Part shown: positions 9,990 through 21,486 of the stretch, piece by piece
Numbering within the stretch: the first letter of the stretch is position 1
Layout: every line of letters starts with the position of its first letter
Origin: Opitutales bacterium
Lineage (GTDB): Bacteria > Verrucomicrobiota > Verrucomicrobiia > Opitutales > UBA2987
DNA length: 64,000 bases
Assembly (NCBI GenBank): GCA_965226885.1
Contig: CBDDEL010000013.1
Location: forward strand, 352,001-416,000
Reading direction: 5' to 3'
Notes under the pieces: generated by a model
Database searches by the model: none
The model's input: only the letters and a program-made list of their open reading frames with translations
What the model was told of the DNA's origin: nothing
Made by a program: the position numbers and the translations under genes

Positions 9990-11513
9990 ATGCTTATTTC
10001 GTGCTTGCTAATGAATATATTAAAAACAGCTAAAATCACACTGCTTCTTTCATTTATCAACCAGATTTCGCCATCTGCGGGCCTTGAGGCGCAGGATAGC
10101 GCAACGGTAGGCGCGGCCATAGATTTTTATTCTATCATTAAGATCACCTACGAAAAGAACCTGGAGATCGCCGCCGCCCGATACGAAATCGAGGAGACCG
10201 ATTTCCAGTTTCGTCGATTCGAGCGCAACCTGAGCCAGTTCGTTCCTCTGGTTGTCGATTCTCAAATCGAGCGGGAATCGGAAAGAAATTTGATCGGGGG
10301 AAATCGAATTACCCAGAATGAAGATGAGGCGCGGGTTACGGTGGGCGTAGAAAAGGAGTTTTTCGATGGAAAAAAGTTTGCCGCCGGAGTCGGGGTTCGA
10401 GCAACCTCGAACGACGATGGCGAAAACGCCAATCCGTTCATTGGAGGGGAACTACGCTTTCCCTTATTCAGTTCCGTAACAACCTTGGAGCGAGTCACGG
10501 AACGCACTTTTGAACAGAATGAGCTTCTTGAGGCCTGGCTGGATTTTATCGACACGGTGCGGGATGAAGTGAGCGACAGCCAGGAAGACTACATCGACCT
10601 GCAAAATTCCATCAAGCGGCTCAAATTAGCAGAAGTTACGGTACGCGATTTCCAGAATTTGCTCGATGAAACGAAAATAATCGGCACCGGCAATGGAGAT
10701 GAAATTCGTCAAATAGAGGATCAAATCCAGGCCTTCCTGTCTATGACCGTTAATCAGCGCGGAAATGTCGACATCTGGCAGATCGGTTTGCTCGATAGTT
10801 TGGGTTTGGACGTCCTTCCCCTTGAAAAGGTAGAGCCACTGGAAATGAGGGGAGACGATTATTACGGAAAGCAATACATTGAAAAAGATCTCGAACAGAT
10901 AATCACCGAGGCAATTCAAAACGATGTTGAAATAAAAGTTCTCAATATTGCCCGCCAAAACGCTGAACTTAAGAAATCCCTGGCTGAACGTGGCAAGTGG
11001 GATATTATCGGCAAGCTTTTCGGAACCTACGACTTTGAAAACAGGGGAGACAATATCCGAAGACCCACCGGATTCGGAGTAGGGCTGGGATTCAGCGTTC
11101 AGCGGACAGACCCTAAACTGCTCCGGCTCTCTCTCCAGCAGGCGGAGGCGGAAATCCGAAAATTCACCGCTGACATAACCTGGAGGGAACGACAGGTGAA
11201 AAATCTGATCAGGAGGCGGGTCTCTCATGTGCGCAATCGGCGCATATTGGTGAATGAACTCAGTGTCAGCAGGGAGTTGCGTAATTCGGTTTATCTGCAA
11301 AAACTGGAAGCTTTTCGGAAAGGTAATGAGACGATGGACAATCTAATTCAATCGCGAGTTTCTCTATTTGAAACGGAGAAAGAATTTCTCGAACAGATCG
11401 CCGAGTTTTTTGAAACTGTGGTTGATCTGGATGTGGCTTCAGGATATTATTTTCAGCAACTTGGCAAAGTGTTCAAGGAAATAGGAGAGGCTTATAACTT
11501 TAATAAATTTTGA
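9990..11513 (+). CDS. TolC-family outer membrane efflux protein
   Basis: Signal peptide, two repeats of helical coiled segments alternating with beta strands (NLEIAAARYE..., DVEIKVLNIARQNAEL...); start may be 10011. Confidence 0.7.
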   Translation: MLISCLLMNILKTAKITLLLSFINQISPSAGLEAQDSATVGAAIDFYSIIKITYEKNLEIAAARYEIEETDFQFRRFERNLSQFVPLVVDSQIERESERNLIGGNRITQNEDEARVTVGVEKEFFDGKKFAAGVGVRATSNDDGENANPFIGGELRFPLFSSVTTLERVTERTFEQNELLEAWLDFIDTVRDEVSDSQEDYIDLQNSIKRLKLAEVTVRDFQNLLDETKIIGTGNGDEIRQIEDQIQAFLSMTVNQRGNVDIWQIGLLDSLGLDVLPLEKVEPLEMRGDDYYGKQYIEKDLEQIITEAIQNDVEIKVLNIARQNAELKKSLAERGKWDIIGKLFGTYDFENRGDNIRRPTGFGVGLGFSVQRTDPKLLRLSLQQAEAEIRKFTADITWRERQVKNLIRRRVSHVRNRRILVNELSVSRELRNSVYLQKLEAFRKGNETMDNLIQSRVSLFETEKEFLEQIAEFFETVVDLDVASGYYFQQLGKVFKEIGEAYNFNKF

Positions 11514-11540
11514 AATAGGTTCTAATCGCTTGAGAAAAAA

Positions 11541-12233
11541 ATGCGTATATTGGTGGTAGAGGACGAAAAAAAAATTCTTTCATTCGTGCGCAAGGGATTG
11601 GAAGAGCAGGGATTTGTCGTCGATACCTGTGACAATGGCGACGACGGTTATTGCATGGCGGGAACACATTCCTATGATGCTCTGGTACTGGACATCATGC
11701 TGCCGGGCCGGGATGGGCTAAGCATCCTGCGCCTTCTTCGGGAAAATAAAAACAAAATTCCCGTCGTCATAATCACCGCCAGGGGAGAGGTATCCGAAAA
11801 AATCGAAGGTCTCAATTTGGGCGCTGATGATTACCTGGTTAAGCCATTTTATCTCGAAGAATTGATTGCGCGATTGAAGTCCGTCTGGCGGCGGTCGTCG
11901 GGGGAGGGGCTGAGTATTCTGCAGGTTGAAAATTTAAGCATCAATCTCATGAACCGTGAAGTAATACGCGGTGGCGGCCCCATCGAGCTGGCCCCTCGGG
12001 AATTTTCACTGCTGGAGTTTTTGATGCGATCCCCGGGGCGGGTGCTCACGCGCACACAGATTGTGGAGCACGTCTGGAATTATCATTTCGATTGCGACAC
12101 CAATGTCGTCGATGTTTACATACAGCGTTTGCGCCGTAAAGTGGACGATCCCTTCGATGAGAAATTAATCCAAACGGTTCGCGGCGTTGGCTATCGATTG
12201 GCCGCCCAAAAAACGGGAAAACAATCCTCATAG
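11541..12233 (+). CDS. OmpR-family response regulator, CusR/CzcR-like
   Basis: MRILVVEDE, LDIMLPGRDG, GADDYLVKPF, TNVVDVYI, TVRGVGY. Confidence 0.95.
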   Translation: MRILVVEDEKKILSFVRKGLEEQGFVVDTCDNGDDGYCMAGTHSYDALVLDIMLPGRDGLSILRLLRENKNKIPVVIITARGEVSEKIEGLNLGADDYLVKPFYLEELIARLKSVWRRSSGEGLSILQVENLSINLMNREVIRGGGPIELAPREFSLLEFLMRSPGRVLTRTQIVEHVWNYHFDCDTNVVDVYIQRLRRKVDDPFDEKLIQTVRGVGYRLAAQKTGKQSS

Positions 12234-12245
12234 CAGTATTAAAAA

Positions 12246-13607
12246 ATGAAATTTTTTCGATCCTTTCGCTTCCGGCTGGCGCTCTGGTCTGCCTTGATTT
12301 CAGGTATTGTCGTCCTCGTTTTCGGACTGGGGACTTTTTATCTGCTGTATGTGGAGTTTCTCGATACGGTTGATGCCGAAATGGAGCGATTCGGGGAAGA
12401 TCTTATTGAAGAGATTGACCATGAGAGTCATCCCAAACGCCAGGAAATGGTAAAACTATTGGATGTTTTCGATGATCGCCGCAGTTTGCAATTGATAATG
12501 GTCATTACTCCGCAAGGTGAGACTCTGTTTCGTTCTTCACGTTGGAGTAGGTATGTTTTTGATATCAGCAGGAGGGGTTCCGATACCTTTCGCACGATTC
12601 GCTACCAAGGTGATTACTGGCGCCTCGCCATTGTCAATGATGATAAATGGACAACTATAGTAGCCACCCGGCTGGATGAGTTGATCGATGCCGCGGAGAA
12701 TGTCCTGGATGCCTTTGCCTGGGCTCTGCCCATCGCTTTAATAGCAGCCGCCATGGGAGGATTGTTGCTTGCTCAAAAAGCCGTCGGACCGATAAAAATA
12801 ATCACCGGTATCGCGGAGAAAATTAATGGCAGTGGTTTAAATAAACGAATCCCGAAATTGAAAAGGGATGACGAACTGGGCCGTTTGACATCGGTTTTGA
12901 ATGACATGTTTGAGCGCCTGGAAGCCAGTTTTGAGCAGATGGCCCGGTTCAGCGCGGACGCCTCCCACGAATTGAACACACCGCTTGCCGTCATGCAGGG
13001 CGAACTGGAACACGCTTTGCAAAGCGACGACCTCAAGGGCGGCGACGAGAAGATCCTGGCCAATTTGCAGGAAGAAGTCCAACGCCTGAAAACGATTACC
13101 CGAAGCCTTCTTCTCTTTTCCCGCTCCGATGCCGGAAAACTCCGCCTGGATAAAAATGAAATCGATTTGGGCGTAGAACTGGCCGGGCTTTTGGAAGACG
13201 TCAAGTTGGATCCCCAGGCAGAAACGCTGAGCTTTATCGAGAAATTTAAAAGCGGTTTTTCGGTTTTCGGGGACGGCACATTGATTCGGCAGGCCCTCTA
13301 TAATTTACTGAGCAACGCGGTGCGCTACAACCAACCCGAGGGCAAGGTCGTCATCAGTCTCGAAAAGGAGAAAAGCGATGTCGTGTGCCGCATTGCCAAT
13401 ACCGGGCCGGGCATTGCGTCTCGCAACCAGGGCAAGATATTCCAGCGTTTTTTTCGGGAGGACAGCTCACGCAGCCGCCAACACGATGGCTTCGGCCTGG
13501 GCTTGAGCCTGGCTCTGGAAATCGTCAATGCCCATGGGGGAACGCTGCAACTGGAAAAGTCGGATTTTGATGAAACCGTATTTTGTTTGCGGTTACCGTC
13601 GGCTTGA
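12246..13607 (+). CDS. Sensor histidine kinase, CusS/CzcS-like
   Basis: Two TM segments, HAMP (DDELGRL), H-box DASHELNTPL, N-box NLLSNAVRY, G-box GFGLGL. Confidence 0.93.
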   Translation: MKFFRSFRFRLALWSALISGIVVLVFGLGTFYLLYVEFLDTVDAEMERFGEDLIEEIDHESHPKRQEMVKLLDVFDDRRSLQLIMVITPQGETLFRSSRWSRYVFDISRRGSDTFRTIRYQGDYWRLAIVNDDKWTTIVATRLDELIDAAENVLDAFAWALPIALIAAAMGGLLLAQKAVGPIKIITGIAEKINGSGLNKRIPKLKRDDELGRLTSVLNDMFERLEASFEQMARFSADASHELNTPLAVMQGELEHALQSDDLKGGDEKILANLQEEVQRLKTITRSLLLFSRSDAGKLRLDKNEIDLGVELAGLLEDVKLDPQAETLSFIEKFKSGFSVFGDGTLIRQALYNLLSNAVRYNQPEGKVVISLEKEKSDVVCRIANTGPGIASRNQGKIFQRFFREDSSRSRQHDGFGLGLSLALEIVNAHGGTLQLEKSDFDETVFCLRLPSA

Positions 13608-13654
13608 ACCCGATCCACCGAATCACCTTATTTAAGCGATATTCCGCTTATTTA

Positions 13655-15471
13655 GAGGCTGTCCCAAAAGGGTGATTTTTGCGAGGGCTTTTGATAGGCG
13701 CTCATTTTAGAGGTATTTGCATTTGGGAGAGTATCAACTTTGCTCTCCTATGACGTTAGGATACTGGTTTTGGGGTCCGGTTGCCTGGTTTTCTTTGTAT
13801 GAGCCGACAGTAAGGCTGTGAAAAAGTATTGTCCTTGCTTTTCCGCTCTCTAGGCCGCCGCTTTGGTTTTTAGTTCGTCTTGCTGGGCCAGCATCTTGGC
13901 TACTTTCCATAGGTTGTGCGAGAGTACCGACCAGGCTACGCTGATCGAGCGGTTGGCAAAGCCTTTGCTGCGCAACCGCCCGGCCTGCCAGCGATTCTTC
14001 AATACCCCGATCCGCCCTTCGGTGCTGGCCCGGCGCTTTTGCAATTGCCTGAACAGTGGTTCCTCCCTCCGTTTTTTCAACTGCTTCGGATCGCGTGGAC
14101 AGAGCGCGTCGTAGATTCCCTCCTGGGCTAACTGCCGGCGGGCCCGCTGGGAGGCAAATCCCCGGTCCGCGCACATGGCCGCTATGGGTTCTTCCAGGTT
14201 GAAGCGGTTCTGTCTTTGCAAACTCTCTTGCATTTGTTCATTTTCGCTTGGAGTTCGGCTGCCGTAGAGTTTCCAGTCCAGCAGGTACCCTTCAACGCTT
14301 TCTCCCAAAAACAGGGTGTTGCCGAACTCGACCTCTTGGCCCGCTTTACCTCGCACAACCACCTGCCCATCGAGTTCGTAAACACTCAAGACTTTCTCTG
14401 CGTTTTTCACCTGGCGGCCGCCAATGATCCGCTCGTGCGCCTGTTTGATGACCACCGGGATTTGCTCGCTCATGCGCTCCATCCGGGCGAGGATCTGTTG
14501 GACCTGTTTTTCGCTGTAATCGCTTTGCTCCCAGCAGGCTTGCAATAATTCCCGGTGACTGCGGGCATGCTCCCCGATCCGTTTGAGCAGCTTTTTCATC
14601 TGCCTCAAGATACCCTTGCGCTGCCGCGCGCTGTCCTTTCGCCGCCGGCTGTGGGTCATCTGTATGCACAGCCGATTCATCTGCCGAGCCAAGGGCTCCG
14701 GTTCGATCGGCATGCGATGGCGCACACCGGCCTTCTCGCGGATCAGCCGGATCGCTTTGAGCAACGTGCCGGCTACATCCTTGAGTAATACCCAGTCCGT
14801 CGGCCAATGAATGTTAGCCTCCAAACAGGTGCCGTCGATCAGGCAAATGGTGGTGTCAATCGGCTTGTCCAATCCCACCTGCCGGGCCAGAAGGGCATCG
14901 CCCACCACCTCAGTCAAGGTCCGGTGCAAGGCCCTCAACTGCTCTTCGCTGAAAAACTTCGAGGCCCGCTCCAGGGTGCTTTTGGAGATGCCCCTGATGC
15001 CATCGATCTGCCGGACACGGCAAAAGTCGGCCAACAGATCGCTGCTGCCCAGAGCCCGCGACAAATGCCGAAACGAAATCCCTCCGAGCAGACGGCCCAG
15101 CGTATCCATGCGCAGTGCCTTGATGGCAAAACTGGCCCGCTGCCGCCGGGCCTTTAGACCCATTGGCGGCCACCCCTCCAAGGCCAGCTCAATGGCCTGC
15201 GATTCCACCTCCGAGTCGATCAGCAGCCGATCGATTCGATCAATGGTGGCGCGGAAGTTATCGTAATCGAGGCACCGGTCGACCACAGTTAAAGCTGGAC
15301 GCAGGAGGCATTGGATGGCTATATTTTTCATAGAAAGGGCTATATTGATTTTCGCTAACTCAATTATAGAACCCTTTTTTGGCCGGATCGAGCAAAAACT
15401 TGCTCTTTCCGGCTCTTTTTATCAACGTCATCCAGTTGACTATAAAATCTTTATATTTTTGGGACAGCCTC
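13655..15471 (-). mobile_element. ISNCY/IS5-like element type A, complete (1817 bp), flanks not duplicated
   Basis: 15-bp IRs GAGGCTGTCCCAAAA; flanks TATTTA / TACGATA differ. Confidence 0.93.
13850..15331 (-). CDS. Type A transposase (493 aa)
   Basis: DGTCLEANIHWPTD, GKAGQEVEFG, ADRGF, RASTEGRIG. Confidence 0.9.
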   Translation of the reverse strand: MKNIAIQCLLRPALTVVDRCLDYDNFRATIDRIDRLLIDSEVESQAIELALEGWPPMGLKARRQRASFAIKALRMDTLGRLLGGISFRHLSRALGSSDLLADFCRVRQIDGIRGISKSTLERASKFFSEEQLRALHRTLTEVVGDALLARQVGLDKPIDTTICLIDGTCLEANIHWPTDWVLLKDVAGTLLKAIRLIREKAGVRHRMPIEPEPLARQMNRLCIQMTHSRRRKDSARQRKGILRQMKKLLKRIGEHARSHRELLQACWEQSDYSEKQVQQILARMERMSEQIPVVIKQAHERIIGGRQVKNAEKVLSVYELDGQVVVRGKAGQEVEFGNTLFLGESVEGYLLDWKLYGSRTPSENEQMQESLQRQNRFNLEEPIAAMCADRGFASQRARRQLAQEGIYDALCPRDPKQLKKRREEPLFRQLQKRRASTEGRIGVLKNRWQAGRLRSKGFANRSISVAWSVLSHNLWKVAKMLAQQDELKTKAAA

Positions 15472-15487
15472 TACGATAGGTAAATTG

Positions 15488-16289
15488 GGTAGTGTATAAA
15501 AAAAGAATGTTATTTTGTATTTTTAGCTGTACAAATAGCGTTAGGCAATTTATTTTTAGTGCATGGTTACTAAAATTATTAATTGTCGGCACTGTGGAAG
15601 TGAAAATATCATTAAATTTGGCAAGACGCCCAACCATAAACAGCGCTACCGCTGCCATGATTGTGGTAAACAAAGCCGCGAAAACCCCACAGTGAAATAC
15701 ACCGAAGAGCAAAAAGAAATGATCCTTCGAGTCTATCAGGAACGCAGCAGTCTACGCGGTTTACAGCGCGCCTTCGGGGTGAGTCCCAACACCGTTTTGA
15801 GTTGGTTAAAAAAAACGACAATCGCTGCGACCGCTCAAAAGCACGATTCTTGCGGCCCGCCGCCATGATGTCATTGAACTGGACGAACTGTGGTCTTTTG
15901 TGGGGCGCAAGAGCGATGCCCAATGGGTTTGGATCGCTCTTTGCCGACGCACCCGTCAAATCCTCTCCTATGCCATTGGGCCTCGGGATTGGTATCGTTG
16001 CCGGGAACTTTACGAGCGTCTGCCACGGGCCTACAAAAGATGTGCCACCTACAGCGACTTTTGGAGCACTTATGATGAAGTCTTTCCTCATAACCGATCC
16101 GTGGGAAAAGAAACCGGTGAAACGGCCCATGTGGAACGATGGAACAATACCCTGCGCCAACGACTGGGTCGTTTCACACGCAAAACCCTCTCCTTTTCCA
16201 AGCTTAAGAGTATGCATGAAACCTGTCTGAGACTTTTCATTCATCAATATAATCAAGAATTAGCCACCATTCCTACTTAATACACTACC
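15488..16289 (+). mobile_element. IS1-family element, complete (802 bp)
   Basis: IRs; TSD GTAAATTG; ORFs 15563-15868 and 15900-16280. Confidence 0.95.
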
Positions 16290-17502
16290 GTAAATTGATT
16301 ATCCCGAAAGGTTGGTCCTCCATATATTGCAGCAGGTTTTTGTAGTGATAGAGAAAGTGAATGAGGAACAAGGGCGGCCCGCTTCCTCCACCTTGAAGAT
16401 GTATGAAAGATTCATTTGGATCCATTGACTTTCCCTTGCGCAGAACATCGGCCAATTGCTCCACTGTAGGAGCCTTAAAAAGCGCGGCCGCGTCGCATTT
16501 TTTACCCAATTCTTTTTCAATTTTGTGAATGAGGATTATCGAATGTATTGAATGTCCCCCCAGATCGAAGAAGTCGTCCTTTATGCCAATGGGTCTGACA
16601 TCAAAAATGTTTTCCCATATTTGTACGAGTTCTCGCTCCACCTCATTGCGCGGGGCCACATATGCTACTGCTGTTGACAGACTCCCGTCTGGCTCCGGCA
16701 ACCCCTTGCGGTCCACCTTCCCGTTCGCCGTCAACGGAATCTCCTCCAACTTGATATAATGCGTGGGCACCATGTATCCCGGCAATGTCCGGCCCATTCT
16801 CTCGCGTATATCGCTGGCTTCGATCTCCCCATCACTAACGTAATAGGCCGCCAGCGCCTTGGCCCCTTTTCGCTCCTTTGCTAATACCACTGCCTCCTGA
16901 ATTCCCTCAACTGCCCTCAGAACACTCTCAACCTCCCCCAACTTGATGCGAAAGCCCCGTATCTTTACCTGTTCGTCAATGCGACCTAAAAATTCTATGT
17001 TGCCGTCCGGCTGCCACCGCGCCAGATCCCCGGTCCTATACATCCGCTCTCCGACAACAAAAGGATTTTGCACGAACTTCTCCGCCGTCAGCTCCCCACG
17101 ATTTAAATAGCCACGCGCTAATCCATCCTCGCTAACGCACAACTCCCCTGACACCCCTATTGGTACCAGTTGATCTTTTTCGTCGATAATAAATATCTGA
17201 GTGTTGTCAATAGGTCTTCCAATCAAAACAGGCCCTTCTCCAGCATACTGATCCAGACTGTATCTTGAGGCATAAACCGAGGCCTCTGTCGGGCCATAGA
17301 TATTTTCAAGCTTCGCAGAAATTTCGAGTTCGAGATACTTCTCACATAACTCTTTCGGAAACGCTTCCCCTGCCACCAGAACGTAGTTTACCCCTTTCAG
17401 CAACACTGCAGAGTCATTACCATGCACCTCAAGAAACGCCCCAAGCATTGAGGGAACGAAATTAATATGTGTTATTCCATATCTCCCAATTGAGGCGGCT
17501 AG

Positions 17503-19069
17503 CCCGGATATTTCGTAAAAAAAGTATCGTTGATATGCTTAACTGCTGATATACAGCAGGATAGATCAATAATTAAAGCAATATCAGCGATGACAAAAGG
17601 TAAACAATTAAAGCTACAGTTGACAAGGGTAAAAGGCCGCCGTGTGCGGGTTGATTTCAAGGGCGGAGAGGTTACTTCGGATGCTGGACTGCTTTTGATC
17701 CGGGAAGTGGATCGGCAGTTGGGCTTGACCGAACGAGCGGCCCGACAGTTAGTGGACAAACGGCAGAAGGGCAAAGTACGCCATGAGGTATTGGGGATGC
17801 TGCGGCAGCGCGTTTACGGGCTGGTGGCGGGCTATGAGGATTTGAACGACTTTGATACCCTGCGCCACGATCCATTGTTGCAAACGGTAACGGGGCGCAT
17901 TGAAACGTTGGCCAGCGCGCCGACTTTGTGTCGTTTTGAAAACGGGCAGGATCGGCGGGCGGCCTTTGCGGTAAACGAGCTGTTGGTCGAACAGTTCATG
18001 GGCTCCTTTGCCGAGGAACCCGAAGAGATCATCCTGGACTTTGACGCCACCGACAATCCGGTGCACGGGCTCCAGGAGGGACGTTTTTTCCACGGTTATT
18101 ATGATCATTACTGTTTTCTGCCGCTATATGTTTTTTGCGGTGATCAGCTGCTGGTGGCCTACCTGCGGCCGAGCAAGATCGATGCCAGCAAGCATGCCGG
18201 GGCCATCCTCAAATTGCTGGTTAAACGGATGCGCCAAAGCTGGCCCCGTACGCGGATTATTTGGCGCGCCGACAGTGGATTTTGTCGAGACCGGATACTC
18301 TCTTGGTGCGACCGCAACGAAGTTAGTTACATCGTGGGGATGGCTCGCAATGCACGCTTGCAGCAAGACGCCCAGCAGTTGCAAAAGCAGGCCAAAGAAT
18401 GGTTCGAACTAAGGGGTAAAAAACAACGGTTATTCCAGGACTTCGTCTATGCTGCCGATTCGTGGCGATGGCTGCGGTTGGTCATCCATAAAGCCGAACA
18501 CACCGCACAGGGGTCCAACCCGCGCTTCGTGGTGACGAACCTGCCAGGCGATCCCCAGGAGCTTTACGACAAGGTATACTGTGGCCGCGGTGAAATGGAG
18601 AACCGAATCAAGGAACAGATGCAATTGTTCAGCGAGCGCACCAGCGCCCATCAATGGTGGGCCAATCAGTGCCGATTGCTCTTGTCGGCGCTGGCCTACA
18701 CCTTGATGGAAGCCATGCGCCGGTTAGCCTTAAAAGGGACGAAGTGGGCGCGGGCCCAATGCCACACCCTGCGGCTCAAATTAATCAAGATCGGAGCGGT
18801 CATCGTGCGCAACACCCGAACGATTCACTTTCACCTAAGTGAGAGTTATCCTTGGGCCAGTCTTTTCAACCATGCGGCCCGCCGATTGGTGCCAACCTAA
18901 AGGGTGCATTGGTGCTGCCCCCGGCACTACCGAACCAATGGGGGAAAGGGGGCAGTGTCTCTACACCCTGAAAAACACCTAAAAATCAAGACGATCTGCT
19001 CAAAATACAAAGAAATCCATCTCCAATAGCAATAACGAGCCAAACTTTACCCTTCATGAAATATCCGGG
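17503..19069 (+). mobile_element. IS1380-family element, complete
   Basis: IRs; TSD CTAG; inside the NRPS A domain. Confidence 0.95.
17590..18900 (+). CDS. IS1380-family transposase
   Basis: Near-identical to 3110-4420. Confidence 0.93.
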   Translation: MTKGKQLKLQLTRVKGRRVRVDFKGGEVTSDAGLLLIREVDRQLGLTERAARQLVDKRQKGKVRHEVLGMLRQRVYGLVAGYEDLNDFDTLRHDPLLQTVTGRIETLASAPTLCRFENGQDRRAAFAVNELLVEQFMGSFAEEPEEIILDFDATDNPVHGLQEGRFFHGYYDHYCFLPLYVFCGDQLLVAYLRPSKIDASKHAGAILKLLVKRMRQSWPRTRIIWRADSGFCRDRILSWCDRNEVSYIVGMARNARLQQDAQQLQKQAKEWFELRGKKQRLFQDFVYAADSWRWLRLVIHKAEHTAQGSNPRFVVTNLPGDPQELYDKVYCGRGEMENRIKEQMQLFSERTSAHQWWANQCRLLLSALAYTLMEAMRRLALKGTKWARAQCHTLRLKLIKIGAVIVRNTRTIHFHLSESYPWASLFNHAARRLVPT

Positions 19070-19669
19070 CTAGTGCAAAGGGTTCCTTCTCTGCATCCGG
19101 GTCCAATCCCACCAATCGGCCTTCTCCCATGAACCACCCGAACAGCTCGCTTACAGATACATCGAATGTATAAGTCGTCTTCAGCAAATAGGCATCTCCT
19201 GCTACCAAGGGATACTCCGACTCAAGGTAATTCAAGGTATTCATCACATTGCGATGCTCCACCAACACCCCATTGGGCTTACCGGTCGAACCAGATGTAT
19301 AGATCACATACGCCAAATCACTCGACGATCCCCTTGAAGGTAGATTGCCAGCTGAACGCCTTTGCAGCGTTTTGCATTCCTCTAAATCAATCGTATCCCC
19401 AGAAAAGGACATCGTCCCCACGAATCGTCCCTGCGTCAGCAGGAGATCGCACGCGCTGTCCTCCAACATATACTTGATCCGCTCCCGTGGATACTCCGGG
19501 TCTATCGGCAAATACGCTCCCCCTGCCTTGAGGATCCCCAATATCCCAACGACCATCTCTATTGACCGCTCCACCAGCAACCCCACGATCCGGTCCGGCC
19601 CTACCTCATAATCCTCCCGCATCTTCCACGCCAGTTGATTGGCCCGTGCGTTCAGCTCCCCATAACTTA

Positions 19670-21486
19670 GAGGCTGTCCCAAAAATATAAAGATTTTATA
19701 GTCAACTGGATGACGTTGATAAAAAGAGCCGGAAAGAGCAAGTTTTTGCTCGATCCGGCCAAAAAAGGGTTCTATAATTGAGTTAGCGAAAATCAATATA
19801 GCCCTTTCTATGAAAAATATAGCCATCCAATGCCTCCTGCGTCCAGCTTTAACTGTGGTCGACCGGTGCCTCGATTACGATAACTTCCGCGCCACCATTG
19901 ATCGAATCGATCGGCTGCTGATCGACTCGGAGGTGGAATCGCAGGCCATTGAGCTGGCCTTGGAGGGGTGGCCGCCAATGGGTCTAAAGGCCCGGCGGCA
20001 GCGGGCCAGTTTTGCCATCAAGGCACTGCGCATGGATACGCTGGGCCGTCTGCTCGGAGGGATTTCGTTTCGGCATTTGTCGCGGGCTCTGGGCAGCAGC
20101 GATCTGTTGGCCGACTTTTGCCGTGTCCGGCAGATCGATGGCATCAGGGGCATCTCCAAAAGCACCCTGGAGCGGGCCTCGAAGTTTTTCAGCGAAGAGC
20201 AGTTGAGGGCCTTGCACCGGACCTTGACTGAGGTGGTGGGCGATGCCCTTCTGGCCCGGCAGGTGGGATTGGACAAGCCGATTGACACCACCATTTGCCT
20301 GATCGACGGCACCTGTTTGGAGGCTAACATTCATTGGCCGACGGACTGGGTATTACTCAAGGATGTAGCCGGCACGTTGCTCAAAGCGATCCGGCTGATC
20401 CGCGAGAAGGCCGGTTTGCGCCATCGCATGCCGATCGAACCGGAGCCCTTGGCTCGGCAGATGAATCGGCTGTGCATACAGATGACCCACAGCCGGCGGC
20501 GAAAGGACAGCGCGCGGCAGCGCAAGGGTATCTTGAGGCAGATGAAAAAGCTGCTCAAACGGATCGGGGAGCATGCCCGCAGTCACCGGGAATTATTGCA
20601 AGCCTGCTGGGAGCAAAGCGATTACAGCGAAAAACAGGTCCAACAGATCCTCGCCCGGATGGAGCGCATGAGCGAGCAAATCCCGGTGGTCATCAAACAG
20701 GCGCACGAGCGGATCATTGGCGGCCGCCAGGTGAAAAACGCAGAGAAAGTCTTGAGTGTTTACGAACTCGATGGGCAGGTGATTGTGCGAGGTAAAGCGG
20801 GCCAAGAGGTCGAGTTCGGCAACACCCTGTTTTTGGGAGAAAGCGTTGAAGGGTACCTGCTGGACTGGAAACTCTACGGCAGCCGAACTCCAAGCGAAAA
20901 TGAACAAATGCAAGAGAGTTTGCAAAGACAGAACCGCTTCAACCTGGAAGAACCCATAGCGGCCATGTGCGCGGACCGGGGATTTGCCTCCCAGCGGGCC
21001 CGCCGGCAGTTAGCCCAGGAGGGAATCTACGACGCGCTCTGTCCACGCGATCCGAAGCAGTTGAAAAAACGGATGGAGGAACCACTGTTCAGACAATTGC
21101 AAAAGCGCCGGGCCAGCACCGAAGGGCGGATCGGGGTATTGAAGAATCGCTGGCAGGCCGGGCGGTTGCGCAGCAAAGGCTTTGCCAACCGCTCGATCAG
21201 CGTAGCCTGGTCGGTACTCTCGCACAACCTATGGAAAGTAGCCAAGATGCTGGCCCAGCAAGACGAACTAAAAACCAAAGCGGCGGCCTAGAGAGCGGAA
21301 AAGCAAGGACAATACTTTTTCACAGCCGTACTGTCGGCTCATACAAAGAAAACCAGGCAACCGGACCCCAAAACCAGTATCCTAACGTCATAGGAGAGCA
21401 AAGTTGATACTCTCCCAAATGCAAATACCTCTAAAATGAGCGCCTATCAAAAGCCCTCGCAAAAATCACCCTTTTGGGACAGCCTC
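19670..21486 (+). mobile_element. ISNCY/IS5-like element type A, complete
   Basis: IRs; 7-bp TSD TAACTTA; removal restores NRPS reading EEELSYGELN. Confidence 0.95.
19810..21291 (+). CDS. Type A transposase (493 aa)
   Basis: Near-identical to 13850-15331. Confidence 0.9.
   Translation: MKNIAIQCLLRPALTVVDRCLDYDNFRATIDRIDRLLIDSEVESQAIELALEGWPPMGLKARRQRASFAIKALRMDTLGRLLGGISFRHLSRALGSSDLLADFCRVRQIDGIRGISKSTLERASKFFSEEQLRALHRTLTEVVGDALLARQVGLDKPIDTTICLIDGTCLEANIHWPTDWVLLKDVAGTLLKAIRLIREKAGLRHRMPIEPEPLARQMNRLCIQMTHSRRRKDSARQRKGILRQMKKLLKRIGEHARSHRELLQACWEQSDYSEKQVQQILARMERMSEQIPVVIKQAHERIIGGRQVKNAEKVLSVYELDGQVIVRGKAGQEVEFGNTLFLGESVEGYLLDWKLYGSRTPSENEQMQESLQRQNRFNLEEPIAAMCADRGFASQRARRQLAQEGIYDALCPRDPKQLKKRMEEPLFRQLQKRRASTEGRIGVLKNRWQAGRLRSKGFANRSISVAWSVLSHNLWKVAKMLAQQDELKTKAAA

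Noticed and set aside
19047..19826. 259-aa stand-alone AMP-binding protein
   Set aside because: Middle NRPS fragment with start and stop supplied by flanking IS ends
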